Shown in pieces: positions 39,240 to 51,529 of a DNA stretch of 64,000 bases; the stretch's first letter is position 1; each line of letters begins with the position of its first letter. A program made the translations under genes and the position numbers. Below the pieces are notes generated by a model. The model did not search any database, was not told the origin of the DNA, and saw nothing but the letters and a program-made list of their open reading frames with translations. The stretch comes from Chiloscyllium plagiosum (taxonomy: Eukaryota): positions 736,565 through 800,564 of the forward strand of contig NC_057759.1 in assembly GCF_004010195.1 (NCBI RefSeq), written 5' to 3'.

Positions 39240-40350
39240 TGACTTCAGATGCAATTCGAGGCACCTTTTTAAAATGGTTTGAAAGTTTCTGCCTCTTCTC
39301 CACTTCCACGTGTGACTCCCAGATTCCTATCGTACTCTGGGTGAAATGACAACTTTCCTCACCACGTCTCTAATATTTTTACCAATTACATTAAATATTT
39401 GCTGCTGGTAAGAGAGCTCTCATGCAAGAATGAGATGCTCTCTCCCTCTTGACCCGGGCCTCTGACAATATGTACACCCCAATCTACTTTTTTCTTTTCA
39501 GCATATTCCGTTCCAATGTTTCCTCAAAGTTGCGCTTCCAATTTCACACATGATGACGAATCTCCACTGTACTCTCTCAAGTTCATTTCATCCTTCCATG
39601 TGATGGGGTGACCAGAGGTGCGCACAGTATACAAGCGGCGACTGAACTAATTATTTATTCAGTTCCAGCATAAGGTTCCTGCTCTGAAATGCTGCACTTC
39701 AGTTGATAGAGGGAATGATTCTAAGTGCTGCCATAATAAGCAGGAATCTGTCCACATTGACTCTACCCTCATTTATTATGTATTCTTCTCTATTGTTGCC
39801 ATCCTAAACTAACTTGCCTTATCTGATTTGCTTGTTCCATTTCCTTGGATCCCATAGATTCTGTTTTTAAACGGTATACCATGTGGTTTCTTGTCACATC
39901 CAAGTAAGTCAAATCACCTTATAAATCACTGCCTCAAAACGACAGAATCAGATGATTTACACACTATCTTCCTTAAACGAAACAAGGCTGACTATCCTGG
40001 AGTCCCTGGGACTTCATCAGTGACCGCTTTCCCTGCGTCTTAGAACTCCATGCTCGACTGATATAGTCATCCCCCGTCCATATTAAACTAGTCACAGTGG
40101 TTGTCGTTCTCCAGTCCTTCAGCACCATTCCTTTATCCAGGCAAGATTGGATGCTGGTGGTCAGTATAAAGCAAAGGAATTTACCCCAGCTTCTTCTGAC
40201 AGTCTGGGATATTGCGTTAACCCCTCCTAAAGATTTGAATCTCCTTTATAATCCCCCTCTACATAAGTTTCTAACTCGCAATGTTCCACAACACACGTAT
40301 AACACCTCCCTGTTTTGTTACAGACAGACATGAGCAGAAGTCATCTTTGA
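39240..40350 (-). mobile_element. Old CR1 fragments
   Basis: ggtgaccagaggtgcgcacagta, cttccttaaacgaa, ttcccagattcc remnants. Confidence 0.55.
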
Positions 40351-40366
40351 TTTGGTCGTCTTTGAT

Positions 40367-40680
40367 TAGGGTGGCACAGTGGTTAGCACTGCTGCCTCAC
40401 AGCACCAGAGGCCTGGGTTCAATTCCCGCCTCAGGCGACTGACTGTGTAGAGTTTGCATGTTTTCCCCGTGTCTGCGTGGGCTTCCTCCGGGTGCTCCGG
40501 TTTCCTCCCACAGGCCAAAAATATGCAGGTTAGGTGAATTGGCCATGCTAAATTGCCAGTAGTGTTAGGTGAAGGGATAAATGTAGGGGAATGGGTCTGG
40601 GTGGGTTGTGCTTCGGCGGGTCGGTGTGGGCTTGTTGGGCCGAAGGGCCTGTTTCCACACTGTAAGTAATCTAATCTAAA
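40367..40680 (+). mobile_element. HE1-type SINE, near full length
   Basis: gtggcacagtggttagcactgctg, gggttcaattcc, (taatc)n tail. Confidence 0.9.
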
Positions 40681-40689
40681 GTCTCGTTT

Positions 40690-41000
40690 TGGTCGAGTTT
40701 GTTGGATGGTTTCTCTCCACAAGTCGAAGTGAATATTCTCAAGATATTAACTCCAAGCAGCCTCAGAAACTGCCTCTCGGGACCTCCGCTCATCTGAATT
40801 AGCCGGATAATATTTCCCTTCGTCATAAGAACTGCCCACTGCCAGAATACCCGAGAATGGATCGGCCTCCTTGTTTCAGGTACCATTTTAAAAATGTCAT
40901 TGCGCTCTTGGATTGTCCATACGAAAATGCCCTGGAAATGGCAGAGGGGAGTAAACTGGGGCCCTATTTTGTGCATAAGCTCTTGCGTTTCTAGCGAATT
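40690..41000 (-). pseudogene. Degenerate V-J exon
   Basis: GPQFTPLC (FR1 Cys), FLKWYLKQGG (FR2, Trp at 40885-40883), HFDLWRET (JH-like FDxW, ~40730-40708); frameshifts between motifs. Confidence 0.42.
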
Positions 41001-41892
41001 ACATGGTGCAGGACAGAGACATTATCTTCCTCCAGGACTGACATGTGATGTCATGACTCGACTTCCTGCCAGCTTGTTCCGAGATTGACCCCTGTGTCAG
41101 TGAGGTGCCAGTCTTCTGTGTGAATGCCAAGCAGAGTACAAAGGAGGTCAGTGACCTTCTCCACTCAGCCAGGGTAAATGCCACCATGTGCTCTTTATGA
41201 CCTCGCCCTCATTCTATTTCTGTTACTACACCCACCTCCCACCAAAGCTTATGATCTTCCACTCTCACTGAATGCAGCGCTATCTCTCCTTTTCTCTCTG
41301 ATCTGTTCTCTGGCCCTCTCCCCAACTCTGCCTAGTGTGTGTGCTGCCCACTCATTCACTCAGGACACCTCACCACTTTTCCCCCAGTAGTACCCGCATG
41401 AACAACTGTACCAACCGCTCCAATCTCCCTTAAAGCCTCTTGTAATTCTCTTATTCCGGAAGTAAGCATGCCACAATAGGGCAGAAAGAGAGAAGAGGAA
41501 TGGGGACATTCCAGGATTCAGCTGCTCACCCCTAAGAGGGGAAGGGTCCTGACCCTAACAACCACCGAGAGGCTGACTGACCGTGTCTAAGCTCCCAGAG
41601 TGGTACCTGAGACTATCCTTGACCTACTGTGCTGGAAACCTTGACTGACTCTCGACAATGATATCAAGCTTCCTGTTTTTGTGTCTGTGCTAAAGCACAA
41701 GAAACTACAGCAGTTGTATGAGCCTGGTAGCGCTGGCTGATGGGTATTACTGCTAAGCCGAGGATAAAGCAAGGCAATAATTCAGTGAGAATTCAAACCA
41801 GCTCAAAGTGAGTGCGTGCAAGCACAGAGTGAGCAGCCCCGAGGTACAGTCCATGAGCTGGGTGTGTATTCCTGAGCACAAGTTTCTTGCAG

Positions 41893-42375
41893 GAGCATTG
41901 GAATGAAGGTTGTCACTGCAACCTGAGCTGCAGGATTGAAATGCAGAAGCGTACTGTTAGTGTGTCGCCGATGTCCTATGATATCATAGTGAGGCTGGCA
42001 TGTGACAGATGCCAGCAGTGGCGTGTGTGGAGTACACACAGTTTCTATCTGTGCAGCGTCCCCGAAATGTTGTTGCTCAAGATGGAAGTCGCAGGAGCGA
42101 GGGGTGAGATGACATCACCAGCCACCAGCTCAGAATTGCATGTCAAATTCACAATGTTGAGTTTCCCCACAGTGGGTGGGGAAATATGAACCTTCGAATT
42201 GATGAGGAGAGATCTACATTAATGTGGCTGTTGATTATCCATAATTATTCAATCAGCATCTCACTCCTCCCTTACTAAAATCTTGTCTCTGAGAACGGAA
42301 TAACACAGCCCAGCAAGCCAGCACTGACACATGATGCCTTCTAAAATTAAAAAGGAAGCATTGGCTTCTACTGGT
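41893..42375 (+). pseudogene. Possible V plus C-start remnant
   Basis: Acceptor tttcttgcag|; EG...NLSC; IYINV (J-like); QPSKPALT/MMPS (C1-start-like). Confidence 0.28.
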
Positions 42376-45300
42376 TCTATGCCATTCTATTCACTGCTAT
42401 TCATCCCTTTGTTAAGATACCTCTTAAACGTCGTTATTGTAACTTCTTCTCCTCTATCCGTGCATTCCAGGCATCTTCACATTCTATCTGGAAAAGAAGA
42501 AAAAAGCTTGCCTATCATATTTCCTTCAAACATTTCCCCTTTGATGTAAAACCTATAGTTCCTAGTAATTGTTTTTTTCTACTCTGGAATAAAGCCAACA
42601 AGTATGCTTCTATCTATGTCTCTGATGATTTTGCAAATTTCCACAGGGTTGCCTTTCAGCAACTGAAGGAGCAAGCTTGCAGATAGCTGGTTTTCCAAGT
42701 GCCTGTTGTTTTTGTTCTGCTTGATGGCAGTGGGTTAGTGTCCAAGTGAAAATACATCAAGCATATCAGATTTCTCCTTGTATCTGGATTTAGCAGCCAG
42801 ACCCTTTTAACTTTAGAAACACGTTTTCACTGAGCCACTTAAAACTCCTCTCAGAATCTCTGCCACTGCTCTGATTCTGATTTATCTTCTCGTTTTTATT
42901 TCCTGTTCACTTGAATGGAATCTGCTCTCCGCTAAATAAAATTAGACTAGGTCATAATAAAACTCCAATTCGTAGTCTAGATTTGTCTTTATAAAACTTA
43001 CGTAAAGGGATGAATTATGATCACTTTTCTTGAAATGCTGCCCTTTTCCTTCCATATGGCGATGGTTTTGAATGTGAAGTTTCTATCTCAGGAATGCCAT
43101 GGTATTCATACGTGCTGCTGGGTGTAGTTAGTGGAGGGACTGAGTGATTGTAGATGGGAACCATTCCAGTAGGCGACACAGTCTTTAATCGAGTAAACAT
43201 TGTTTGAGTACTGTTGGAGCTGCATTCATTCAGACAAGTGGAGATTATTCCATCATATTCCTGAGTTGAATCTCGGAAATAATTGACAGGCTTTTGCAAG
43301 ACAGGAGAAACGTTACTAGATGCAAAATTCCCAACTTCAGACCTGATGTTCTAACCATAGCAGCTATATGGTCTTGCATAAACATGAAAATGTTAGTACC
43401 AGTGGATTTAGCAAGCACTAATGTTTTTGGATCTTAAATAGCGATAGTGAAATGGTTTATGATAATCATATTCTGTCATTTAAGTGTCACGAATGTTACT
43501 TTTCACTTGTCAGGCCAAGCCTGACTGTTGTCCAAGCCTTGCTGCATTTGGACTCATTTTGTGATCAGAGGAGTTGAGAATTATAAACTCATGAGAAAAC
43601 GTCATTATATCTGATCTTATGAAGGAGCAAGCTTGCAGATAGCTGGTTTTCCAAGTGCCTGTTGTTTTTGTTCTGCTTGATGGCAGTGGGTTAGAAGGTG
43701 CTGCCAAATCAACGTTGGAGTAGTGAATCTTGTCGATAGTATACACTGCTACTACTGAGCATCAATGGCGGAGGAAATGGATGCTTGTGGAAGTCATATC
43801 AATTAAATGGGTTGTTTTTGTCCTAGGTTATTCCTGGGATGCAATCCCTCACACGCTTTGCAGAGTCAGCAGGTGAGTACTCACTGCAGAATTCCTAGCC
43901 TCTGACCTGCACGTGAAGGTGATGTTATTTATGTGTCTAGTCCAGGACAGTTTCTGGTCAATAAAAGCAGCTAGGATGCAGATAAGCACCGTGTTGGGGG
44001 TCCAGTCATGGTAATACTTTTGAAAATCAAAGAAACATGTTTTGACTCTTTATTGTTTTATTAGTCTCACGTTTGTGCGTCGTGAACACATTACTTGCCA
44101 TTTGTCAGACTAAAACTGGATGTTTTCCCAGTCTTATTGCAGTTATACATAGACGTTTTCAGAAATGGTATAATCAATGCATATTCCCATTCCTGACCTT
44201 ATGATTGAGAGAAGGTAATTGCAGCAACTGAAAATGATTGAGTCGTGGACACTCTTTCCTGAGGATTGGCTGCTGAGCAGTACTGAAGTTCTAATTACTG
44301 ACACTGTTAATGTTTTTGTTTGTTGGTGATAATTTCAAACAGCAGAATACCTCCCCCAGATTCCAACTAACTATAATTTTACTTGGGCTCTGATTGTCAC
44401 TCACTGTTAAATTGTGCCTCTTTGGAATTCTGCTCTTTTGAACTGAGCTTGTAATGTGGTCAGGAGTTGAGTGAGCCTGAGGGACACTAGCTGAATTACA
44501 CTAAGCAGCTTGTTGCTAATTGGTCACTTTATTGCTGACACCTTCCTTCACATTTACATGCTAGATCGTACACTAATGAGTCAGTGACTGGCTGAAATGC
44601 AAGTGTCCTGCTTTTGTTTACAGGATATACTTTGGCCCTTTATCACTTTGTTGATAGATCGCAGCGTTCGTACTGGAATGCAACAGGTTGACTAGAGATA
44701 TGGCAACCTGTTGAGTTCAATCACAATTTGGAGTGTCTCCAGCCATTTCCTGACATTGTGAGGATTGAATCGAATTGTCTAATGTCTGGCATCTGTGATT
44801 CTGGGGCCCAGTCAAGAAGGCCGAAATGAATCATCTGCTCCGCACTTACAAATGCATCTGGATTGAGGTTTCTCCTACGTGCTGCATTTCCCCATAAATG
44901 GGGATTTCATTGTTGCAGAGCAGCATCGTCCTCCAATTGTGTCTTTCATTGTCCACTATCTTTTATGAATACTTGACTGCTGAGATAGATCTTAACCATT
45001 GATTGTGGGACGAATGAACTCGGTAAAACACTTGCACCTTATGCTGTTTGACATGCAACTTGTCCTGTTTCTTAGCCTCAGACAATAGGATGTTTCCCAG
45101 GTTGCCCCTCATACCTAGGCCAGCCTGGTGCTGCTCCCCACATGTACTTCTACCGTCTTTACTGAAAGAGGGTCGTTCCCGCGCTTGATTGTTACTGTGG
45201 AGTGAGAGTTATGCCGGGTCGTGTGGTTGCAGATTGTATGAGGTGTACAGAGTCCGATTCTGCTGCCGCTGATGGCCCACTGCACCTCATAGGCGTCTCG

Positions 45301-45538
45301 TCGTCACTTGCTCGGTCTGAATAAAGTCTGACCCATTTAGCATACAGGTTTTTCCGAAACATGGTGAAGGGTCTCCAGTATGTGAAGATGGCCCTTCCAT
45401 CCCTCAAGGACTGTACAGCACCTAATTTTAACAGTTTATTAAATGAAGACGGGCATCTGCAGCAGGTGGATTGTCGATGATGCTGTCAAGTATATGTTTC
45501 CCTTTTAATGATTACCTCGCAACCTGCCGCAGAACAGT

Positions 45539-45721
45539 CTAACAACCACAGGATCCAGCATCAACGTTGAGCACGATATTGACTTTATACCTAGGGGCTG
45601 GCCCCACCCTACCCCCGCGCATGGCGCTGCGCTGTCAGTGGGAGAGAACTGATATTGCTTTGGATATGATCGAATTCGCAGAGTCCTTTACAGCCAATGT
45701 CTGACTATTGCTTGGGTTAGT
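45539..45721 (-). pseudogene. TCR alpha/delta-like connecting peptide and TM exon remnant
   Basis: Strong acceptor tttatttttatttcctacag|; Cys-containing hinge; SNISSLPLTAQR (cf. VNMMSLTVLGLR); KSI/VLNV/ILWL across frameshifts (cf. KxxxFNLLMTLRLW). Confidence 0.4.
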
Positions 45722-46166
45722 CTGTAGGAAATAAAAATAAACCATATGTCATTATTTTTCAATTGAAAACAATTGAAGTGAACAAGAATTAAATTACAAG
45801 AGTACGCACCACCTATTCAGTGACTGTAGTAAATAGCTGATTCATGTTCAGTTCAGTAAACATGCCATCTTTCAGTCAGCAAAGTGATTGAAAATGACAA
45901 TGAAAAAAAGCCTGAATTCAGACATAGTGTTACATAGGGCCACTCCATTATCTCCAAAACCGCTGACCATATCTTAAATCTGTTCAGAGAGATTCCAAAC
46001 TGACGCTGGACAGTTATTTACGCAATCTCTCACAACAGACCAGTTAGAGAACAACAGGGCAATGCGTGTGGCAGACTGGCCAAAGGACCAGCAGAGGATT
46101 CTCTGATAGTCAAAACGCAGTTCAATCATTGTAAAAATGACCGGTAAACAACCACGACTTTTAAGT

Positions 46167-46403
46167 TTATCGGATGTACTGTGCCACTGAACATCTGAAA
46201 TTCTGCACCTTGGACCCGATCCTGAATGAAGTTGCTTTAAAGATGATGGACTCCTGCAGCACGTGGCGTCTTACATTGAATCCCTCATAAACCATATCCA
46301 GTGTCTGCCACGTCCACAATGTCAGTATCAAATAGAATTGTGCAGCAACATTGATGGCGAGCATGACCTCAGCCGAACGTTACACGATTTGAGCTGGACA
46401 TTT
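46167..46403 (-). pseudogene. TCR delta-like C1 exon remnant
   Basis: Acceptor ttacatag|; VMLAINVAAQFY (cf. VMKNGTNVACLVKEFY); FKATSF..FRCSVAQ (cf. VTCSVQH). Confidence 0.4.
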
Positions 46404-46587
46404 CTATGTAAATGCTTTCAGCCTTAACCTCAACATTAATAGCAAAGTCTCTTTACTGAAGGTAATATATCATTCGATAATAAACATTTTTTGATTGTCC
46501 GATAAGTACAAAATCCACCCATTTATTAGTTCAAATTTCTGACAACAATATGAGGAAACTAATGCGCGAATCACAGTGAAGAGCATT

Positions 46588-46900
46588 GAAATAATGAGTC
46601 CTGTTACCATACCAAAGCAAATTATTATTAAGTACAAGGACTTTGAAAGTATACAATTATTTCCCCTGTACTGATATAATGTGCTAAAATTCACAGAAAA
46701 TTATCTTCATGGCATCATTATCACTATGTGTCTAAACATTATGCAGCCAGATATAGCGACATTTTCAATTGTCTTTGTCTATTTGAAAAGTCAATGATGT
46801 GATATATGAAAGTCAATGTCGGTGTTTTGCTAGGTATGCAGGCTATGCCTCTGAAAAACTGACAGATTGTTTCAACCAGCATATGCCTTCAACTGTTCAC
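46588..46900 (-). pseudogene. V-J remnant upstream of the C-like exon
   Basis: RYIWLH (FR2-like), FSVNFS at 46700-46683 (cf. TRAV/DV RFSVNF), FGMVTGLII at 46616-46590 (cf. FGxGTxL). Confidence 0.35.
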
Positions 46901-47359
46901 AACAAGTAAGTTACTGACTGAACTCAACCAGCCTGAGTTCACAAAATCCAAAGCTCAGTGTCTAGCATTGGTAATTTTTGGTAAGAATATTTCATTCCAA
47001 TTTATTCATGGAATGTGATTGGGCCATTATTTATTGCCCATTCCTTATTGCATTTGGGAATGTGCTGGTGAGTTGCCACATTGAACCACTGCAGTCCATA
47101 TGTTGTGGGTAGACTTACAATGCCATTGGTAAGGGAACTTGAAACAGTGACACGGAAGGAATGGCAATATTTTTCCAAATCAGGAAGGTGTATGGCTTGG
47201 AGCGGAAGCTGAACATATTTCTGCTGCCTTTGTGCGTCTTGATGGTTATGGTTTCAGAGGTACTTTCAAAAGAGCTTTTGTAAATTTCTGCAGAGCACCG
47301 TGTGGTTGGCAGGCATTGCTGCTGCTGAGTGTGAACGGACACCAACGACTTTTCCATAA

Positions 47360-50300
47360 TGCAGCGACTGGACATGTATGCAGTACCTTAAAAGTGGCCT
47401 TAGCAGCATCTAGCACAGCTGTAACTTGACATCAGAACTCGTACATTCAAAACTCTGACCAATGCAGGCAAATGAGCTAATCTGCTTCTTCAGTCCCCTG
47501 TCTACATGTGATGGGGCTTTCAAGGAACTATGTATGTGCACCGCAAGTTGTCTCTGTTTGACGAAACTCCCACGAGGTTTATCAATAACTGTGCAAATCC
47601 TGTCCTGGTTTGTGTTACTAAAAACAACACCTTGTATTGATCTGAATTAAACACCATTTGCGATTCCTCAGCCTACTGGCTCAGTTGATCAAGATCTTGT
47701 TGCAATCTTCGATAGCATCCTTCACTATCCCCTATACCACAAACTTTAGTACAAGCCGCAAACTTTCTAATCATGTCACCTATATTCTCATTTAAATCAT
47801 ATATGAGTGACAAACAATACAGGAGCCAGAACCAATCCTTGCAGTATACTGCTTTTTGCAGACCTCCAGACTGAACAACATCTCTCAACTACTATACTCT
47901 GCCTCATACTGTCAAGCCAATTTTGTGTACAACTGGCTAGCTCTCTTTGGATCCTATGCGATCTAAACTTACCAACCAATTCAGTGCAGAACTTGATTGA
48001 AGGATTTGATATGTCCATGTACGCAATATCTACAATCTCGTCTTCATCTATCTCTTGGTCACCTCCTTCAAAAAAATTCAATCAAATATGTGAGGAACGA
48101 CTTTTCTTCATGCACAAGCTCATACTGATTATCTATGATCATTCCTTGCCTTTCCAAATACATGTAAATCATGTGTCTCAGATTTCCCTCCAACAACTTA
48201 CCCTTCACTGACATCAGGCTTGTTAGTCTGTAGTTTCCCGGATTGTCTTACCACATTTCTTAAATAATGGCACCATATTAGCTAACTCCCAGTTTTCTGA
48301 CACCTCACCCGTGGCAATAGATTGTGTAAATATCCCTGCGAGAGACCATCACTTTTTTAGCTTCCCCCAAAATTCTGGAATACACCAGATCAGGTCCCTG
48401 GATGCAACACATAATAGACAATAGACAATAGGAGCAGGAGTAGGCCATTCTGCACTTCGAGCCTGCACCACCATTCAATATGATCATGGCTGATCATCCT
48501 TAATCAGTATCCTGTTTATGCCTTATCTCCATAACCCTTGATTCCACAATCCTTGAGAGCTCTATCCAACTCTTTCTTAAATGAATCAAGAGACTGGGCC
48601 TCCACTGCCCTTGGGGCAGAGCAGCCCACACAGCCACCACTCTCTGGGTGAAAAAGTTTCTCCTCATCTCTGTCCTAAACGGTCTACCCCGTATTTTTAA
48701 GCTGTGTCTTCTGGTTCGGCACTCACCCATCAGCGGAAACATGTTTCCTGCCTCCAGAGTGTCCAATCCTTTAATAATCTTATATGTCTCAATCAGATCC
48801 CCTCTCAGTCTTCTGTGGTCTCACCAGGGCCCTGTACAGCTGCAGAAGAACCTCTTTGCTTCTATACTCAATCCTTCTTGTTATGAAGGCCAGCATGCTA
48901 TTAGGCTTCTTCACTACCTGCTGTATCTGCATGCTTACCTTCATTGACTGGTGCACAAGAACACCCAGACCTCTCTGTACTGCCCCTTTACCTAGATTGA
49001 TTCCATTCAGGTAGTAATCTGCCACCAAAGTGGATAACCATACATTTATCCACATTAAACTGCATCTGCCATGCATCTGACCACTCACCTAACTTGTCCA
49101 GGTCACCCTGTAATCTCCAACATCCTCATCACATTTCACCCTGCCACCCAGCTTAGTATCATCAGCAAATTTGCTAATGTTATTACTAATACCATCTTCT
49201 ATATCATTAACATATATTGTAAAAAGCTGCGGTCCCAGTACCGATCCCTGCGGTACCCCATTGGTCACTGCCTTCCATTCCGAAATGGAGCCGTTTATCA
49301 CTACTCTGTGTTTCCTATCAGCCAACCAACGTTCAATCCAAGTTAGTCTTTTGCCCCCAATACCATGCGCCCTAATTTTTGCTCACTAACCTCCTATGTA
49401 GGACTTTATCAAAAGTTTTCTGAAAGTCCAGGTACACTACATCTACTGGATTTCCCTCGTCCATCTTCAGAGTTACATCCTCAAAAAATTCCAGATGATT
49501 AGTCAAGCATGATTTCCCCTTCATAAATCCATGCTGACTCTGACCTATCCTGTTAATACTATCCAGATGTGTCGTAATTTCATCCTTTATAACAGACTCC
49601 AGCATCTTTCCCACCACTGAGGTCAGACTAATTGGTCTATAATTTCCTGCTTTCTCTCTCCCACCTTTCTTAAAAAGTGGTATAACATTCGCCACTCTTC
49701 AATCCTCAGGAACTGATCCCGAATCTATCAAACTCTGGAAAATAATCACCAACACATCCACGATTTCTCGAGCCACCTCCTTCAGTACCCTGGGATGTAG
49801 ACCATCAGGCCCCGGGGACCTATGAACTTTCAGACCTAACAGTCTCTCCAACACCAATTCCTGGCAAATATAAATTCCCTTAAGTTCAGGTCCTTCAGCC
49901 ACTGTTACCTCAGGGAGATTGCTTGTGTCTTCCCCAGTGAACACAGATCTGAAGTACCAATTCAATTCTTCAACCATTTCTTTGTTCCCCGTAATATACT
50001 CCCCTGTTTCTGTCTTCAAAGGCCCAATTTTAGTCTTAACCTTTTTTGGCCTTTCACATACCTAAAAAAGCTTTTTAAAAATCCTTTTAAAGTCTCCCCA
50101 TACCACCATCTCTGTTATGTAGACACATTTCAGATTTCACTATTTCTTTCCGAAAGATCTCTAGCTTCCGTTACCTCCTTCGCAGTAAACACTGATGCAA
50201 AATACTCGTTTAGTATCTCATCCATCTCCAGCGGTTCCACACACAGGTGGATTGCGTTCATTAAGCGGCCCTTTTCTCTCCCTTGTTAATTTTTTTTACC

Positions 50301-50900
50301 AATACTGTATCTGTCGAATCTCTTTGGATTTTCCTTAACCCTACTTGCAAAGATATATCATGTCTCCTTTACCTTTTCTGATTCCCCTCTTGACTCTCTG
50401 TGGGTTCACTCGATCCTTTCTGTCTATAACTGATATATAGACAGAGACTGCATTTCTTGCGTGATCCATCATCTGACATGTACCGCTTCAAACTGAATTA
50501 AATATACTGCCTCTGGACTCCGTTGTCCTATGTTTGAAGGCCTCCCATTTTCCAGCTTTCCCTTTACCCGCAAATATCTGCTCCTAATAAACGTTAGACA
50601 GGTCTTCCTTCATACCGTCAAATTGGCCTTCCTTCAACTTAGAGCTCTAACTCATCGTTCTCCCCCACAGACACCTGAGTCACTGACCTTGCCTTATTTC
50701 CCAAGAGAAAGACAGGTTTTGCTCCTTGTCTAGTAGGTATACTCATAGTATGAATAAGAAACCTTTATTGTACACCCTTAGCGTTTCCTTCTGCTTCTAA
50801 GCCCTGAACACTAGGGCAGACCCATTCAATGTTTGGCAAGTTAAAATCCCCTCCGCTTACAACCTTATTCATCTTCCAGATACCTGAGAACTCCGATCAA
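47360..50900 (-). mobile_element. Older CR1 ORF2 with a younger CR1 (48410-50075) nested in it
   Basis: ORFs 47673..47888 and 47797..48081 (old); 48500..48766, 49089..49325 and 49372..49695 (young: YLDFQKTFDKV, KFADD); aatagacaatagac tail at ~48412. Confidence 0.9.
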
Positions 50901-51529
50901 ATTTGCTTGGAGAAATTGAGGGCTGCAGCTGCTGGAGATCGTTGTCAAAAAGTATGGTTCTGGAAATGTACAGCCAGTTATGTAACAACCAAGGAACAGG
51001 AGAGTTGATGATTCGGGCATAAGCCCTTCATGAGGAATGAGACTTGTGGGCGAAGGGGGCTGAAAGATAAATGCGGGTGGGTTGTGGGTGGGGCGCGGGG
51101 TGTGGCATTGTGAGCAGCATTTAACATTGAATGATGGGATAAAAGCCAAATATCGAGTTGTAATTCAATACGTTAGAAGACAAATAAGGTTTCAGGACGA
51201 GGCTGAACGGAAACAGATTCCATGAGTTGGATAAAACTTTCATGGCTCCTTGTATATTTCGAACTGCAGATGTCAGCCTAAACTAAAGATCCGTATAATA
51301 GTAACAGAGTTTAGGAATGACGCACATGATTATTTATTTTTAGAGTAATGTACAGTGTTACAGGTGACGTACATTTCATAATAATCTGTAATTGCTCAGC
51401 ATATTTTAATGGATATAATGTGCTCCTTTTCTTTTGTAAGGCGAAATTTGTAAGGGAAACAGAAAATGTAATGGATCCCTCCTCTTTCAGGTCTCAGACA
51501 AATTGCTACAGTATTTAAAATAAAGACTG

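Noticed and set aside
40367..40450. tRNA-like sequences with A/B boxes (also ~8440-8521, 56010-56090)
   Set aside because: These are heads of HE1-type SINEs, not tRNA genes.
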